A stretch of DNA of 64,000 nt from Candidatus Cloacimonadota bacterium (GTDB lineage Bacteria > Cloacimonadota > Cloacimonadia > JGIOTU-2): positions 32,001 through 96,000 of the forward strand of contig JBNGBT010000002.1 in NCBI GenBank assembly GCA_049903315.1, in the 5' to 3' direction. The first letter of the stretch is position 1. The number at the start of each line of letters is the position of its first letter. Below the pieces are notes generated by a model. It saw nothing but the letters and a program-made list of their open reading frames with translations. It had not been told where the DNA came from and did no database searches. Below are positions 8,701 to 19,540 of the stretch, in pieces. Position numbers and translations under genes: made by a program.

Positions 8701-11304
8701 ATGAAAATCAAAAAAAGTAAGATAGTCATTCCTATATTCTTATGCGCTGCAATTATTGCAGTTGTACTTATTTCCATCCCAAAACCAGCTAGTAAAGGCA
8801 AACCTGCAGAACGCTGGGTAGAAAAACCACACGGTCAAAAAGTTAAAAAAGAGCCCGATGTGCTGCCCAATGAATGGATGGCTTACCAGCGCGTTTATCC
8901 CTATGATAAGATCAAGCTCGAGAACTATCTTAAAAGCATGGAAGATGCCCAGAAACTTCACAAGGAGTCCGCTCATTATAAATATTCCTGGGAGTTAGTA
9001 GGACCTACCAATATTGGTGGGCGCATCACTGATCTTGCGGTAAATCCTAATGATCTGAATACTTACTACGTGGGAGCTGCATCCGGCGGAGTGTATAAAA
9101 CCATAAATGGCGGTGCGAGCTGGGAAAATATTTTTACCGATGTACCTGTTATTTCTGTGGGTGCTATTGCACTTGATCCAAACAATGTAACTACTCTTTA
9201 TGTCGGGACAGGTGAAGCGAATGCATCGAGTTACAGTTTTCTTGGGAACGGCATATATAAGTCCACAAATGGCGGTCTGTCATGGGACAATATTGGTTTA
9301 GAACAATCCGGCTATATTGGCAGGATCGTGGTAGATTATATGAATTCTCAGAGAGTGTTCGTGGCAGCGTGCGGAAATCTCTTCTCACCAAATTCCGAAA
9401 GAGGAGTATATCGCAGTGATGATGGTGGGGAGACCTGGCAGCGAAAACTCTTCATTAATGATTCCACTGCAGCAGTCGATATTGTTCAACATCCAACCAA
9501 TCCGAATATTCTCTATGCCGCAATGTGGGAGCGTATGCGCGGTTTGACGTACAGACGATCCTTTGGTCCGAGTTCCGGTATCTGGAAATCAGAAAATGGC
9601 GGAGATACCTGGACTGAGCTTACAAATGGTTTGCCAACGGGCAGTGATGTAGGACGAATCGGACTCGCAATTGCAAAATCTAATCCTGATAGGCTTTATG
9701 CATTTTATGATAGAACAAACCAGGTTGATGTCTACAAAACAAGCAATGGCGGAGCAAGCTGGACTGCAACCAATGATGGAGCACTGCAGGGAATAAACAG
9801 CAATTTCGGCTGGTATTTCGGCCAGATCCGGGTCGATCCAAATGACCAGGATCGAGTATATGTTATGGGAGTGTACCTGTACCGTACAACAAATGGAGGT
9901 TCAAGCTGGAGTGAAATCGCATATAGTGTGCATGTTGACCATCATGCAATGTATATTGATGAAGATACAGGATTTATTATCGAAGGAAATGACGGCGGTC
10001 TTTATACCAGCTCAAATTCGGGCTCTTCTTGGTCAAAAATAAATAACCTACCCATGACGCAATTCTATGCAATCGAGATCGATCAAACCTATCCTTACAG
10101 AATCTACGGCGGTACTCAGGATAATAATACGATCCGGACTATGACAGGTGCACTTAATGATTGGGAAGCAATTTTGGGCGGAGATGGATTCTACTGCTTG
10201 GTAGATTACACAAATCCTAATAGAATCTTTGCAGAATACCAATGGGGCAACCTATACCGGTCAACCAACGGAGGTTCATATTTCAGCTATATTGCAAATG
10301 CAATGAGTGGCGACCGAACAAACTGGTCTTCTCCCTATGTGATGCATCCAACAAATCCTGATATTCTCTACTTTGGCACGTATAGAGTATGGAAAACAAC
10401 GAATGGAGGATCAAACTGGTCAGCAGTAAGCGGAGATCTTACTCAGGGTGATGATATAAGTGGTTATCATACAATCTCAACAATGGCTATCTCCACACTT
10501 GACCCTGGTCTTATTCTTACAGGCAGTGATGACGGACGAGTTCATATTTCCGATAATAGTGGGACTTCATGGACAAATATTTCTGTAGGTCTGCCTGATC
10601 GCTGGATTACGAGAGTGGCATTTGATCCTCATAATGCAACTACCATCTATGCAACGATTTCCGGTTTTCGCTGGGATGAAGAAGCCCCCCATGTTTTTAA
10701 ATCTACTAATCTTGGATTGGACTGGGTAAATATTAGCGGAAATCTTCCTGAAATGCCCGTGAACTGCATTGCCCTTGATCCGAATATCCAGAATAAAATA
10801 TTTGTTGGAACGGACTCGGGTGTATTTTTCTCTGAAGATGGAGGCTTTAGCTGGCACAGTCTTTCCCAGGGAATCCCCAATGTTCCTGTTACTGATATGA
10901 AAATTTATAATCCTGATCGATTTATGGTCATCGGCACATACGGCTGTTCTGCATATAAGATCGATCTTGACGACATTATTGTGAGTACTGATCCTGAACC
11001 GGACGAGCACGTGCTTGTACAACTCTATCAGAACTATCCCAATCCTCTTTCATTATCTTCACATGCATCAACGCAGATCGATTTCTCTCTGAGTACTCCT
11101 GCTGATATAGAAATTACAATCTATAATATAAAAGGTCAGAAAGTAAAAAACATAATGAACAATCAATTGGCAGCTGGGGATCATAATGCACTATGGAATG
11201 GTACTGATGAATTCGGTAAATCCGTTTCCACAGGAGTGTATCTTTACAAGCTGTCTGTTAATGGAAATGTAAAGCAAATCAAACGATGTACAATAATACA
11301 ATAA
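8701..11304 (+). CDS. BNR/Asp-box beta-propeller (VPS10/glycosyl-hydrolase-like) protein with sorting tail
   Basis: Many (S/T)xNGGxSW repeats; NYPNP...YNIKG...WNGTD..G..VSTGVYLY tail. Confidence 0.85.
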   Translation: MKIKKSKIVIPIFLCAAIIAVVLISIPKPASKGKPAERWVEKPHGQKVKKEPDVLPNEWMAYQRVYPYDKIKLENYLKSMEDAQKLHKESAHYKYSWELVGPTNIGGRITDLAVNPNDLNTYYVGAASGGVYKTINGGASWENIFTDVPVISVGAIALDPNNVTTLYVGTGEANASSYSFLGNGIYKSTNGGLSWDNIGLEQSGYIGRIVVDYMNSQRVFVAACGNLFSPNSERGVYRSDDGGETWQRKLFINDSTAAVDIVQHPTNPNILYAAMWERMRGLTYRRSFGPSSGIWKSENGGDTWTELTNGLPTGSDVGRIGLAIAKSNPDRLYAFYDRTNQVDVYKTSNGGASWTATNDGALQGINSNFGWYFGQIRVDPNDQDRVYVMGVYLYRTTNGGSSWSEIAYSVHVDHHAMYIDEDTGFIIEGNDGGLYTSSNSGSSWSKINNLPMTQFYAIEIDQTYPYRIYGGTQDNNTIRTMTGALNDWEAILGGDGFYCLVDYTNPNRIFAEYQWGNLYRSTNGGSYFSYIANAMSGDRTNWSSPYVMHPTNPDILYFGTYRVWKTTNGGSNWSAVSGDLTQGDDISGYHTISTMAISTLDPGLILTGSDDGRVHISDNSGTSWTNISVGLPDRWITRVAFDPHNATTIYATISGFRWDEEAPHVFKSTNLGLDWVNISGNLPEMPVNCIALDPNIQNKIFVGTDSGVFFSEDGGFSWHSLSQGIPNVPVTDMKIYNPDRFMVIGTYGCSAYKIDLDDIIVSTDPEPDEHVLVQLYQNYPNPLSLSSHASTQIDFSLSTPADIEITIYNIKGQKVKNIMNNQLAAGDHNALWNGTDEFGKSVSTGVYLYKLSVNGNVKQIKRCTIIQ

Positions 11305-11321
11305 AACAAAAAGGATATCTC

Positions 11322-13499
11322 ATGAAAAAATTACTTATACTAATCGCGGCTTTAATTATGCTTCCCGCAATTCTTTCTGCAACACAAATGAACGTGGTCG
11401 GGGAAGTATTTACATCCACGTCTTGAGGATACTGTCCTTCAGCCCGGGCCGGGTTGAGAGATCTTCAAGCTAATTTTGATAACTTTATACCGCTTTTCTG
11501 GCAAAGCACCAGCGGCTACGTGGGGATGCCAAGTCCCAATTACAGCACCCGTGGGGGTATGTACGGTGTCAGCGGTATTCCACATGCTCGATTTGGAGGA
11601 TACATCTCTGAAGTTGGTGGAATTGCTGGCGGTAATATGTACAATTATTATCTTCCTCATTACAATACACTTAATGCCCTGGATAGTCCATGTGCTATTG
11701 ACATTACGATGGATGTTACCTCTAAATCTACCATTGATGTTCAAGCTGATGTTGAATTGACTGGAAATATTACTACTACTAACAACAAGATCATTCTTCT
11801 GCTTACATACAAATACACTGATGATTATACTTGTGCGGTCGTTGCATATCATGATGAGAACTTTAATCTTACCACAGTAGGTCAGACCGGAAGCTTTTCC
11901 TATTCATTCGCGTATGACCCAGACTGGGTATTACCCGATTTGAAGGCAGTTGCTATTGTTCAGCCCTTTTCAAGCAATTACAAAATACATCAGGCAGCCA
12001 CTTGTGGTGTGAGCGGCATTTTCTCAATCTTCAGCAGCAATATTCAATCCGGACCACCGCAATTGGGTGTACAATTCTATAATGAATCATATCCTGATAC
12101 AGGCATTGTATCATATGAATGGGACTTTGACGGAGATGGAACATGGGACAGTACAGAAGAAAATCCATATCATCTTTATGACACGATTGGTAGTTATAAT
12201 GTATCACTCCGCATCTCTGATGGAGTCGAAACAGCAACTACAACAGCAGATGATTATATCACTGTAACGAACAGCTCAGATATTTCCGGAGAATTATCCG
12301 GTATATGGACAGAAACATATAGTCCATATATTATCACCGACGATGTGCATCTTGCGGATGAAAATCACCTGGAGATCGGACCGAATGTGGTAATCCATAC
12401 GAACAACGGAAGCAAAATCACGATTGAAGGATACTTCCGCGCAGTAGGTGATGAACGAGGTAACATCATTTTTATGACTGATGATACCTGGAGCGGTTTA
12501 TACTTCTTCAATTCACCTTATGAAAATGCACTGAGTCACGCAAATATAACCGGTTCTAATAACTGCGCAATCGATATTTATAACTCCCGAGTAGTAATAG
12601 GTTATAATACTATTTTTGGAAACTCCACAAGCTCTCAGAAAGGACCTGCGATCAATGCAACGAATGCTGACGAAGTGCTTATTGAATGGAATCTGATATC
12701 CAATAATACAAGCTCGAGTTTGTGTGGTGCGATAAGTTTGGATAATTCCTCTCCGCTTATTGTTCGTAACATCATTGTGAATAATGAAGCGGTCTATTCC
12801 GGTGCATTTAGCATGAAGAATGCATCATGTCCGGAACTTCTCAATAATACTATAGCGAACAACCTTGCGAGTTATGTATTTTATTTGTTTTCAAGCTCTA
12901 ATCCTATAATCGAGAATTCTATTATCAGGAACACGAGTAATGTGTTCATTAACTTCTCCAGCACACCTTTAGTCACATATTCTGATGTTTCAGGTGGATT
13001 CACAGGGACAGGCAATATCGATGAAAATCCCCTGTTTGTTAATCCAACTGCCGGTGACGGACCTACTTATGACGGGCTTGCAGCTGATTGGGGCTTACAG
13101 CAATCCTCCCCATGTATCGATGCAGGAAATCCTACTTCACCACCCGATCCTGACGGCACTCGTGCTGATATGGGTGCTCTGTATTACCATCAATATGTGT
13201 CTGTAGATGACCCGGAGGTAATACCGGTTTCCGTACACAACTTCCCTAATCCTTTTGCCAATAAAACGACTATTTCTTTTAATTCAACTGCGAATCTACA
13301 GGGCTTGGATCATATTACCATCTACAATATAAAAGGTGAGATGGTTACAACCTTAGCTTTAGAAGCATCTGATTCAGGATTCAGCACTGTATGGGATGGT
13401 AGAGATGATGCAGGAAAGAGTGTTTCAAACGGAATATATTTCTACAAATTCAAAGCAGAAGATATTGAAAGAACACAGAAATTGATCTTAATGAGATAG
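11322..13499 (+). CDS. Predicted exported selenoprotein (Sec at codon 35, UGYC): Omp28-like thioredoxin domain, PKD, beta-helix and sorting tail, 725 aa
   Basis: AAGGA RBS then ATG at 11322; MKKLLILIAALIMLPAILSA signal peptide; GEVFTSTS-TGA(11424-11426)-GYCPSAR; in frame with the 11454 ORF; hairpin at 11439-11457. Confidence 0.88.
11439..11457 (+). promoter_or_regulatory. Candidate bacterial SECIS hairpin
   Basis: TCAGCCCG-GGC-CGGGTTGA: 8-bp stem (one G-U) starting 12 nt after the UGA, G-first loop. Confidence 0.8.
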
Positions 13500-13524
13500 C
13501 TGATACTCAATTTAGAAGATACAT

Positions 13525-13555
13525 AGAGCAGGATGTCGTAGTCCTGCTCTTTTTT
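13525..13555 (+). terminator. Intrinsic terminator
   Basis: AGAGCAGGA-N8-TCCTGCTCT followed by a T run. Confidence 0.85.
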
Positions 13556-13767
13556 GTATGGAAAAAACTTCCAATTATAATCCAGTTAGCGGATATCCGA
13601 ATATTTGTATGTGCAAGAAAAATAAATTTGACAACAAAGAAAAATAAATTTCGAATTTACTTAAGTAAAGTTGATGCTGGTTTTATATGCTTACTGGACG
13701 GAAAATATCATGAAAAAATGGAAAAAAGACTGTAAACAATTTATTTTAACTTCATAATGGAGGAATA

Positions 13768-15846
13768 ATGAAAAAGTGTATTATGTGTTTTATACTTTGT
13801 CTTTTTATGGTTGGTACTACATTAGCTCAGGATGGTAAAGACTATGGTGTCCCAGATTGGGAGTTCATTCAGGAACCCACAACACTCACGGGTTTTACAA
13901 ACTACTATGACTACATGCCCGGAAGTCTCTGTGGTCATCCTATTATGCGTCAACCTGATTGTTATGGCGGAGTATATTTTACCTTTCACGGACGTCCAAA
14001 TATTATAGATAATAGAAGAGTTTATTGGGCATATGTTCATCCAAATGGTGCAATAGAATATGCGACAATCACAACTTCAGACACATACGAGGGTTATCCA
14101 AGTTTGACAATACATCCTGCTTCCGGTGATCCTATTGTTTCATGGCATGATATTTTGGGACCATCCACTCCAGAAGATACAAATACTCGTGCGACGTTTG
14201 ATGACTATGGATTACTCTACATTCCCGGTTTCTGGAAAACTCCAGTAGCCTTTGATCAACCTGTTCCTTATGTTGAAGAGTATTTATGGCCTTACGTGTT
14301 TATTGGAAAAGCTCCGGATTATGTGACTACTGGTAATTATCGTCTATATCAGATAAGTGAACAAGGTCCTGACGGTGAGATTGAACATCCCATACTTCGT
14401 TGGATCGACGTTCCGGAAGATTCTTATGTGTACGGTGATCTTGATATAATGCTTGATAAGACCAATTGGCACCCTCCAGTTAACATTGCACGCGACTGGT
14501 CAGATCCCGATGCAGGTATTTCCTGCCGTCCATATCCTTCCTTTGCGGTAGATCCATTCACGCCCGGTCACGTTGCAATATTTGGTTATGCATGTTATGT
14601 AAACGGACTTACAGGAAATGAAATTGTTCCACAGGGATTCTATGTATGGGATTCCTATGATGGGGGAGAAACATGGTCATATGATAATTTTCATTCGTAT
14701 GAAACCGATGTAGGCATGCTGAATGAATATGTATTATATGCGGTTGAGAATATTCCTGGTTTTACTGATGATGAAGGCATTCCCTTTGATTCGCTTCATG
14801 TGTGGGTTGGTTTCCCCGGTAATTACTGTTCAACTAATCGAACTGCTGTTTTTGACAGGGAGGGTAATCTTCACTTACCGGAACTTTTCTGGATCAGCTA
14901 TGTTGATGAGGAGATCGGTTCTGTAACATATTGGCCCGAATACGCTTTCTTGTTCCAAGCAGAAGTTGTATATAAATCCGACGGCACATGGGACATTCGA
15001 CATGTTGCAAATATGTCAGGAACGGATGCATGGACAGGTCGCAGTGTTCCCTGGGAAATCGATCCTGTAAGTGGAGATACATTGATATACCCATGGTGTG
15101 ATATAGCAACTAATGATTATTCACCAAGCGGTTATGTAAATCTCCAATATCAGGCAGTATGCCTTGAACAAGATTGGATGGCACATGTGTGGGTAAGTGG
15201 TACGAAAATGCTCGAAGCTGAATTTGGCCCTGTCCCTTTGTTTTATTATCATCATCCAATCATTTATATCGCGATATCAAATTGTAATGGTGAATGGTGG
15301 TATGATCCAATAGAGCTATCAGATATTTTCAGTACTGCATATCCTGGCTTCGCAGATATGATAACGGTCTATCCGTATGTAAATCCAATTATAAAGGATC
15401 TCGGAGATGGTTGGGGACAGATCGATATGTACTTTCTTGATGATAATGATTATGGGAGTTCAATCAGCGGTTTAGGAAATAGTACGGGTGGTCAAATGGT
15501 TTATTGTTCTTTCAAATTTTATTATTATGTACCACTGTCAGTTGATCCTTCATATCCAGGAGCTGAATCTTCGCTTACTCTTTTCAATGTTCCCAATCCC
15601 TTCAAATCAAATACACTTATACAGCTTTCTGCTTCTTGTGGAATTGAGAATGCAAAAATAAATATTTATAATCTGCGAGGTCAGCTTGTAAAATCATTAG
15701 ATTCAATTACAGATACTCATAATGAAGGGCATGTAACATGGGATGGCACAAATCAAAATGGTAATACAGTTTCCAACGGAATTTACTTCTACAAATTCAA
15801 AGCAGGAGATCTGGAAAGAACACAAAAATTGATCTTGATGAGATAG
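13768..15846 (+). CDS. Secreted acidic protein of unknown function with sorting tail
   Basis: GGAGG RBS, signal peptide, one Asp-box (SYDGGETW), NVPNPF...WDG...VSNGIYFYK tail. Confidence 0.8.
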   Translation: MKKCIMCFILCLFMVGTTLAQDGKDYGVPDWEFIQEPTTLTGFTNYYDYMPGSLCGHPIMRQPDCYGGVYFTFHGRPNIIDNRRVYWAYVHPNGAIEYATITTSDTYEGYPSLTIHPASGDPIVSWHDILGPSTPEDTNTRATFDDYGLLYIPGFWKTPVAFDQPVPYVEEYLWPYVFIGKAPDYVTTGNYRLYQISEQGPDGEIEHPILRWIDVPEDSYVYGDLDIMLDKTNWHPPVNIARDWSDPDAGISCRPYPSFAVDPFTPGHVAIFGYACYVNGLTGNEIVPQGFYVWDSYDGGETWSYDNFHSYETDVGMLNEYVLYAVENIPGFTDDEGIPFDSLHVWVGFPGNYCSTNRTAVFDREGNLHLPELFWISYVDEEIGSVTYWPEYAFLFQAEVVYKSDGTWDIRHVANMSGTDAWTGRSVPWEIDPVSGDTLIYPWCDIATNDYSPSGYVNLQYQAVCLEQDWMAHVWVSGTKMLEAEFGPVPLFYYHHPIIYIAISNCNGEWWYDPIELSDIFSTAYPGFADMITVYPYVNPIIKDLGDGWGQIDMYFLDDNDYGSSISGLGNSTGGQMVYCSFKFYYYVPLSVDPSYPGAESSLTLFNVPNPFKSNTLIQLSASCGIENAKINIYNLRGQLVKSLDSITDTHNEGHVTWDGTNQNGNTVSNGIYFYKFKAGDLERTQKLILMR

Positions 15847-15871
15847 CTGATACTCAATTTAGAAAATATAT

Positions 15872-15902
15872 AGAGCAGGATGTCACAGTCCTGCTCTTTT
15901 TT
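15872..15902 (+). terminator. Intrinsic terminator (copy of 13525-13555)
   Basis: AGAGCAGGA-N8-TCCTGCTCT followed by a T run. Confidence 0.85.
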
Positions 15903-16071
15903 ATTATATGAATTAGTAATTTCATCTGGCAATTTTGCGGTTAAATAGAGAGCAATTATACATATTTATCCCATAAGAAAGGACGAAATTTAGAACTCAA
16001 TTAATTCCAGAAAAATTTGACAAAAAATTAGGGTATTTCCCAATGAAATAAATTAATTTCAGGAGGAGCAG

Positions 16072-17994
16072 ATGAAAAAATTAGCTGTTCTCATATTTCT
16101 TATGATCCTCTCATCAACAGTTTTTGCAGCGTATCAGGTCGGCGATGTAGTTTCAAATTTCAGCTGGACTGATAACACAAGCACAACGCATAATATTTAT
16201 GACCTCATCGACGCGGAAAAAGCGATCGTATTTTTCTGGGGAGGTACTGGTTGAGGTGGCTGTGTTTCGGCGGCGCCGCAATTAGAAACTATCTGGCAAA
16301 ATTACCAAGGAACCGGTCATTGTTACATTCTTTCCGAAACCGACTGGACTTCTTATGGAGCAACATATTTTAATTCTTATGATATCGATCCTTATTACTC
16401 TCAATATGGAAACGGGTTTATTCCATTTTTTGCTGTCATTGGTGGTGAATACAAATTGTATTACGGAGACAATAGTGTGGGTAGTGTACCAGCTGCGCTG
16501 GATGCTGCCATTGCATCCTTGGGTTTATATGCAAATTTTGATGCAAATATAACTCAGGGACCTCCAGAACTCACTGTGCAGTTTACCAGCACATCGTCAG
16601 GTGCTCCGGATGCATGGGACTGGGATTTCAACAATGACGGTACCATTGATAGTCACGAAGAAAATCCTGTGTGGACCTACACCGGAGTTGGTTCTTATGA
16701 TGTTTCTCTTACAGTTTATGAAGGAGCTGATAGCGATGAACTCATTCAAGAGGACTTTATTACTGTTCTCGATCCATCGAATGTATCCGGTGAATGTGCT
16801 GGAAATTGGTCACCCACTTATGGAACGTACACGATTACTGGGAATGTTACCGTTCCTGTCGGTACGGTTCTGTCGATCGAGCCAAGCACGAATATCGTTG
16901 TAAATAATGGCAGCAAGATTGAAGTGAAAGGCAGAATTGAAGCACAGGGTTCAGAACGTGGATTGATACACTTCTCAACCGGCACTACATGGAAAGGTGT
17001 AAAGATAATCGATAGTCAAGAAGACAATGTGATCGATTTATGCTATTTCACAGGTTGTACAGAAAGTGCAGTTGATATTGATAATTCTACAGTAGATGTT
17101 CTCAACAGCACGTTTTATGAAAATACCAATACGAATCAAAAAGGTCCTGCTATAAATGTATTAGATGCCAGTGATGTCCTTATAATGGGTAATTCAATTG
17201 CAAATAACTATAGTTCTGTCCTTTCAGGTGGTATTGTGCTCGATAATGCCTCGGTTGAGATTTCCCATAATATCATTGTGAATAACGAAGCTACTTTTGC
17301 CGGTGCAATTGGAATGAAAAATGGATCTGATGCATCACTTATCAATAATACGATTGCAAACAATGTCGGGAGCTATGCCTGTATTTATCTTATATCCTCT
17401 TATCCGAATGTACTCAATACGATCATCATTCATGATGGTTTGATATTCACGACATTCAGCAGTAATCCAATAGTAAACTATTCCTGTATCTCAGGCGGAT
17501 ATTCCGGAACAGGAAATATCAGCGATGATCCGGAATTTGTGACTCCCTCTGCAGGGGACGGCATTGCCTATGATGGTTTAGCTGCAAACTGGAATCTGCA
17601 AGAAACTTCTCCGTGTATTGATGCGGGAGATCCTTCCTCACCTCCTGACCCTGACGGCACGATTGCAGATATGGGTGCTTTGTACTATCATCAGGTAGTC
17701 TCGGTTGACGATCCACACAGCAACATGATCTATGTCAGACAGAATGCACCGAATCCTTTCAAAGGTTCTACTTCAATATCCTATTCATTGCCAAAGAATT
17801 CCGAAAATGCTGTCATCACGATCTATAATGTCAAAGGTGATGTTGTGAAGGAATTTACTCTTGAAAACACAGAAGGTGATATCATATGGAATGGTATGGA
17901 TCAGAATAATAATGCTGTTGCAAGCGGAGTTTATTTTTATAAACTGCAAGGAGATTCCATTTCTCAGACCAGGTCAATGGTCTTCATGAAGTAG
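16072..17994 (+). CDS. Predicted exported selenoprotein (Sec at codon 61, UGGC): AhpC/TSA-redoxin-like domain, PKD, beta-helix and sorting tail, 640 aa
   Basis: AGGAG RBS; signal peptide; VGDVVSNFSWTD...KAIVFFWGGTG-TGA(16252-16254)-GGCVSAAPQLETIWQ; no other stop before it joins the 16456 ORF in frame. Confidence 0.9.
16264..16289 (+). promoter_or_regulatory. Candidate bacterial SECIS hairpin
   Basis: Core CGGC-GGC-GCCG (16268-16278), extendable by GTTT/AAAC; loop starts 17 nt after the UGA. Confidence 0.65.
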
Positions 17995-18022
17995 CATTTT
18001 ACTCATATACATAGCTTTCGGT

Positions 18023-18117
18023 TGAGAGGAAGGAACTGGTGTTCCAGCTGGTCTTCAAAATCAGTAGTGAGCGGATAACACCGTTTATGGCAGGTTCGAT
18101 TCCTGCCCTCTCGGCCA
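18023..18117 (+). tRNA. selC: tRNA-Sec (anticodon UCA)
   Basis: D arm GGAAC-TGGT-GTTCC; 6-bp anticodon stem with CTTCAAA loop (TCA at 18055-18057); long variable arm; GCAGG-TTCGATT-CCTGC; G-CCA end; directly upstream of selA. Confidence 0.96.
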
Positions 18118-18145
18118 TTTTTTTATTTAAAAAATAGGAATTGAA

Positions 18146-19525
18146 ATGGATAAAAACGAACTCAGAAAAATTCCCGGAGTGGATACCTTGAAAAAGACCT
18201 CAAAGATTAAAGAACTCATTTCTGAATTTGGAGAAGAACTCACAGTTTTCTCAATCCGCCAGGTATTGGATAAGGTAAGAGAATCTGTTCTACAAGGGAA
18301 GAGAATTCCATCCGAAGATAAGATGCTTGCTATGATCGGGCAGAGAATAAATAATATTGGTTCCCAATCATTAAAACCAATGATCAATGCGACGGGTATC
18401 GTGCTGCATACAAATCTTGGGCGAGCCCCACTGGGTGAAGTACTCACAGAGGAAGTATCCAGAGTAATTCACGGATACTCCAATCTTGAGTTCGATTGTG
18501 AAAAAGGAAAGCGGGGTCACAGGGGAAACCATATCACTGATCTTATTACTTTTATTACAGGCGCAGAAGATGCAGTTGTCGTAAATAATAATGCAGCAGG
18601 TGTGTACCTGTCTCTCAGAACATTTTCAAAAGGTAAAGAAGCAATCATATCTCGCGGTGAACTGATAGAGATAGGTGGCTCATTCCGCATACCTGATATC
18701 ATGAAACAAAGCGGTGCGAAAATGATCGAAGTGGGTACAACAAATCGTACACGCCTATCAGATTATGAAGCAGCAATTACTGACAAAACTGCGGTACTGT
18801 TCAAGGCACACAAATCAAATTATTATATAGAAGGATTTTCCGAGGAAGTAGAGATAGAAGCTCTTGCGCAGCTCGCGCATGATAAGGAACTCATGTGTGT
18901 TTTTGATTTGGGATCGGGATTACTGAGAAAACCAACGGGGCTCTTATTAGAAACTGAACCGGATGTTCATAGTGCAATTGCGTCCGGTGCCGATCTCGTG
19001 ATGTTCAGTGGTGATAAACTTCTGGGTGGTCCTCAAGCAGGCATTATTGTCGGCAAAAAGAAGTATATTCAGAAATTGAAGAAATCACCACTTATGCGTG
19101 TACTTCGGGTAGGAAAAATGACGCTTGCAGCACTCTCTGCAGTGATCCGATGCTATCTCAAAGATGAAACACTCCTTGAAAATGTGCCAGTTTTCCACTT
19201 GCTGGATCAGAAAAAAGACGAACTGCAAGAGAAAGCACTACAGTTTTCAAAACTCCTTTTAAAAGAAAAAATTCCTAATATAATTATTGAAAATACGGCT
19301 CATTGCGGCGGAGGGACTCTTCCACAAGTTGAAATTCCCAGTTTTGCAGTGCGGCTTGATCTCTTAAAAACAAGGATTACTCCAGAACAGCTTTACCATC
19401 AATTGCTTCAATTAGAGAAACCTATTCTCGGTATTCTTCGCGAGGGTACGATACTCTTTGATGTGTTCACTTTAACTGAAGACCAGTTTGAATACATAGC
19501 AAAGCAAATAGTTGCTTTTAATTGA
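18146..19525 (+). CDS. selA: L-seryl-tRNA(Sec) selenium transferase
   Basis: INATGIVLHTNLGRA, VVNNNAA, SRGELIEIGGSFRIPD, EVGTTNRT, FSGDKLLGGPQAG. Confidence 0.98.
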   Translation: MDKNELRKIPGVDTLKKTSKIKELISEFGEELTVFSIRQVLDKVRESVLQGKRIPSEDKMLAMIGQRINNIGSQSLKPMINATGIVLHTNLGRAPLGEVLTEEVSRVIHGYSNLEFDCEKGKRGHRGNHITDLITFITGAEDAVVVNNNAAGVYLSLRTFSKGKEAIISRGELIEIGGSFRIPDIMKQSGAKMIEVGTTNRTRLSDYEAAITDKTAVLFKAHKSNYYIEGFSEEVEIEALAQLAHDKELMCVFDLGSGLLRKPTGLLLETEPDVHSAIASGADLVMFSGDKLLGGPQAGIIVGKKKYIQKLKKSPLMRVLRVGKMTLAALSAVIRCYLKDETLLENVPVFHLLDQKKDELQEKALQFSKLLLKEKIPNIIIENTAHCGGGTLPQVEIPSFAVRLDLLKTRITPEQLYHQLLQLEKPILGILREGTILFDVFTLTEDQFEYIAKQIVAFN

Positions 19526-19540
19526 GTGGTACATTGAAAA

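Noticed and set aside
9000..10900. Recurring motifs as a CRISPR or tandem array
   Set aside because: They are protein-level Asp-box repeats with no identical DNA repeat and spacer; no CRISPR array or cas gene seen in the window
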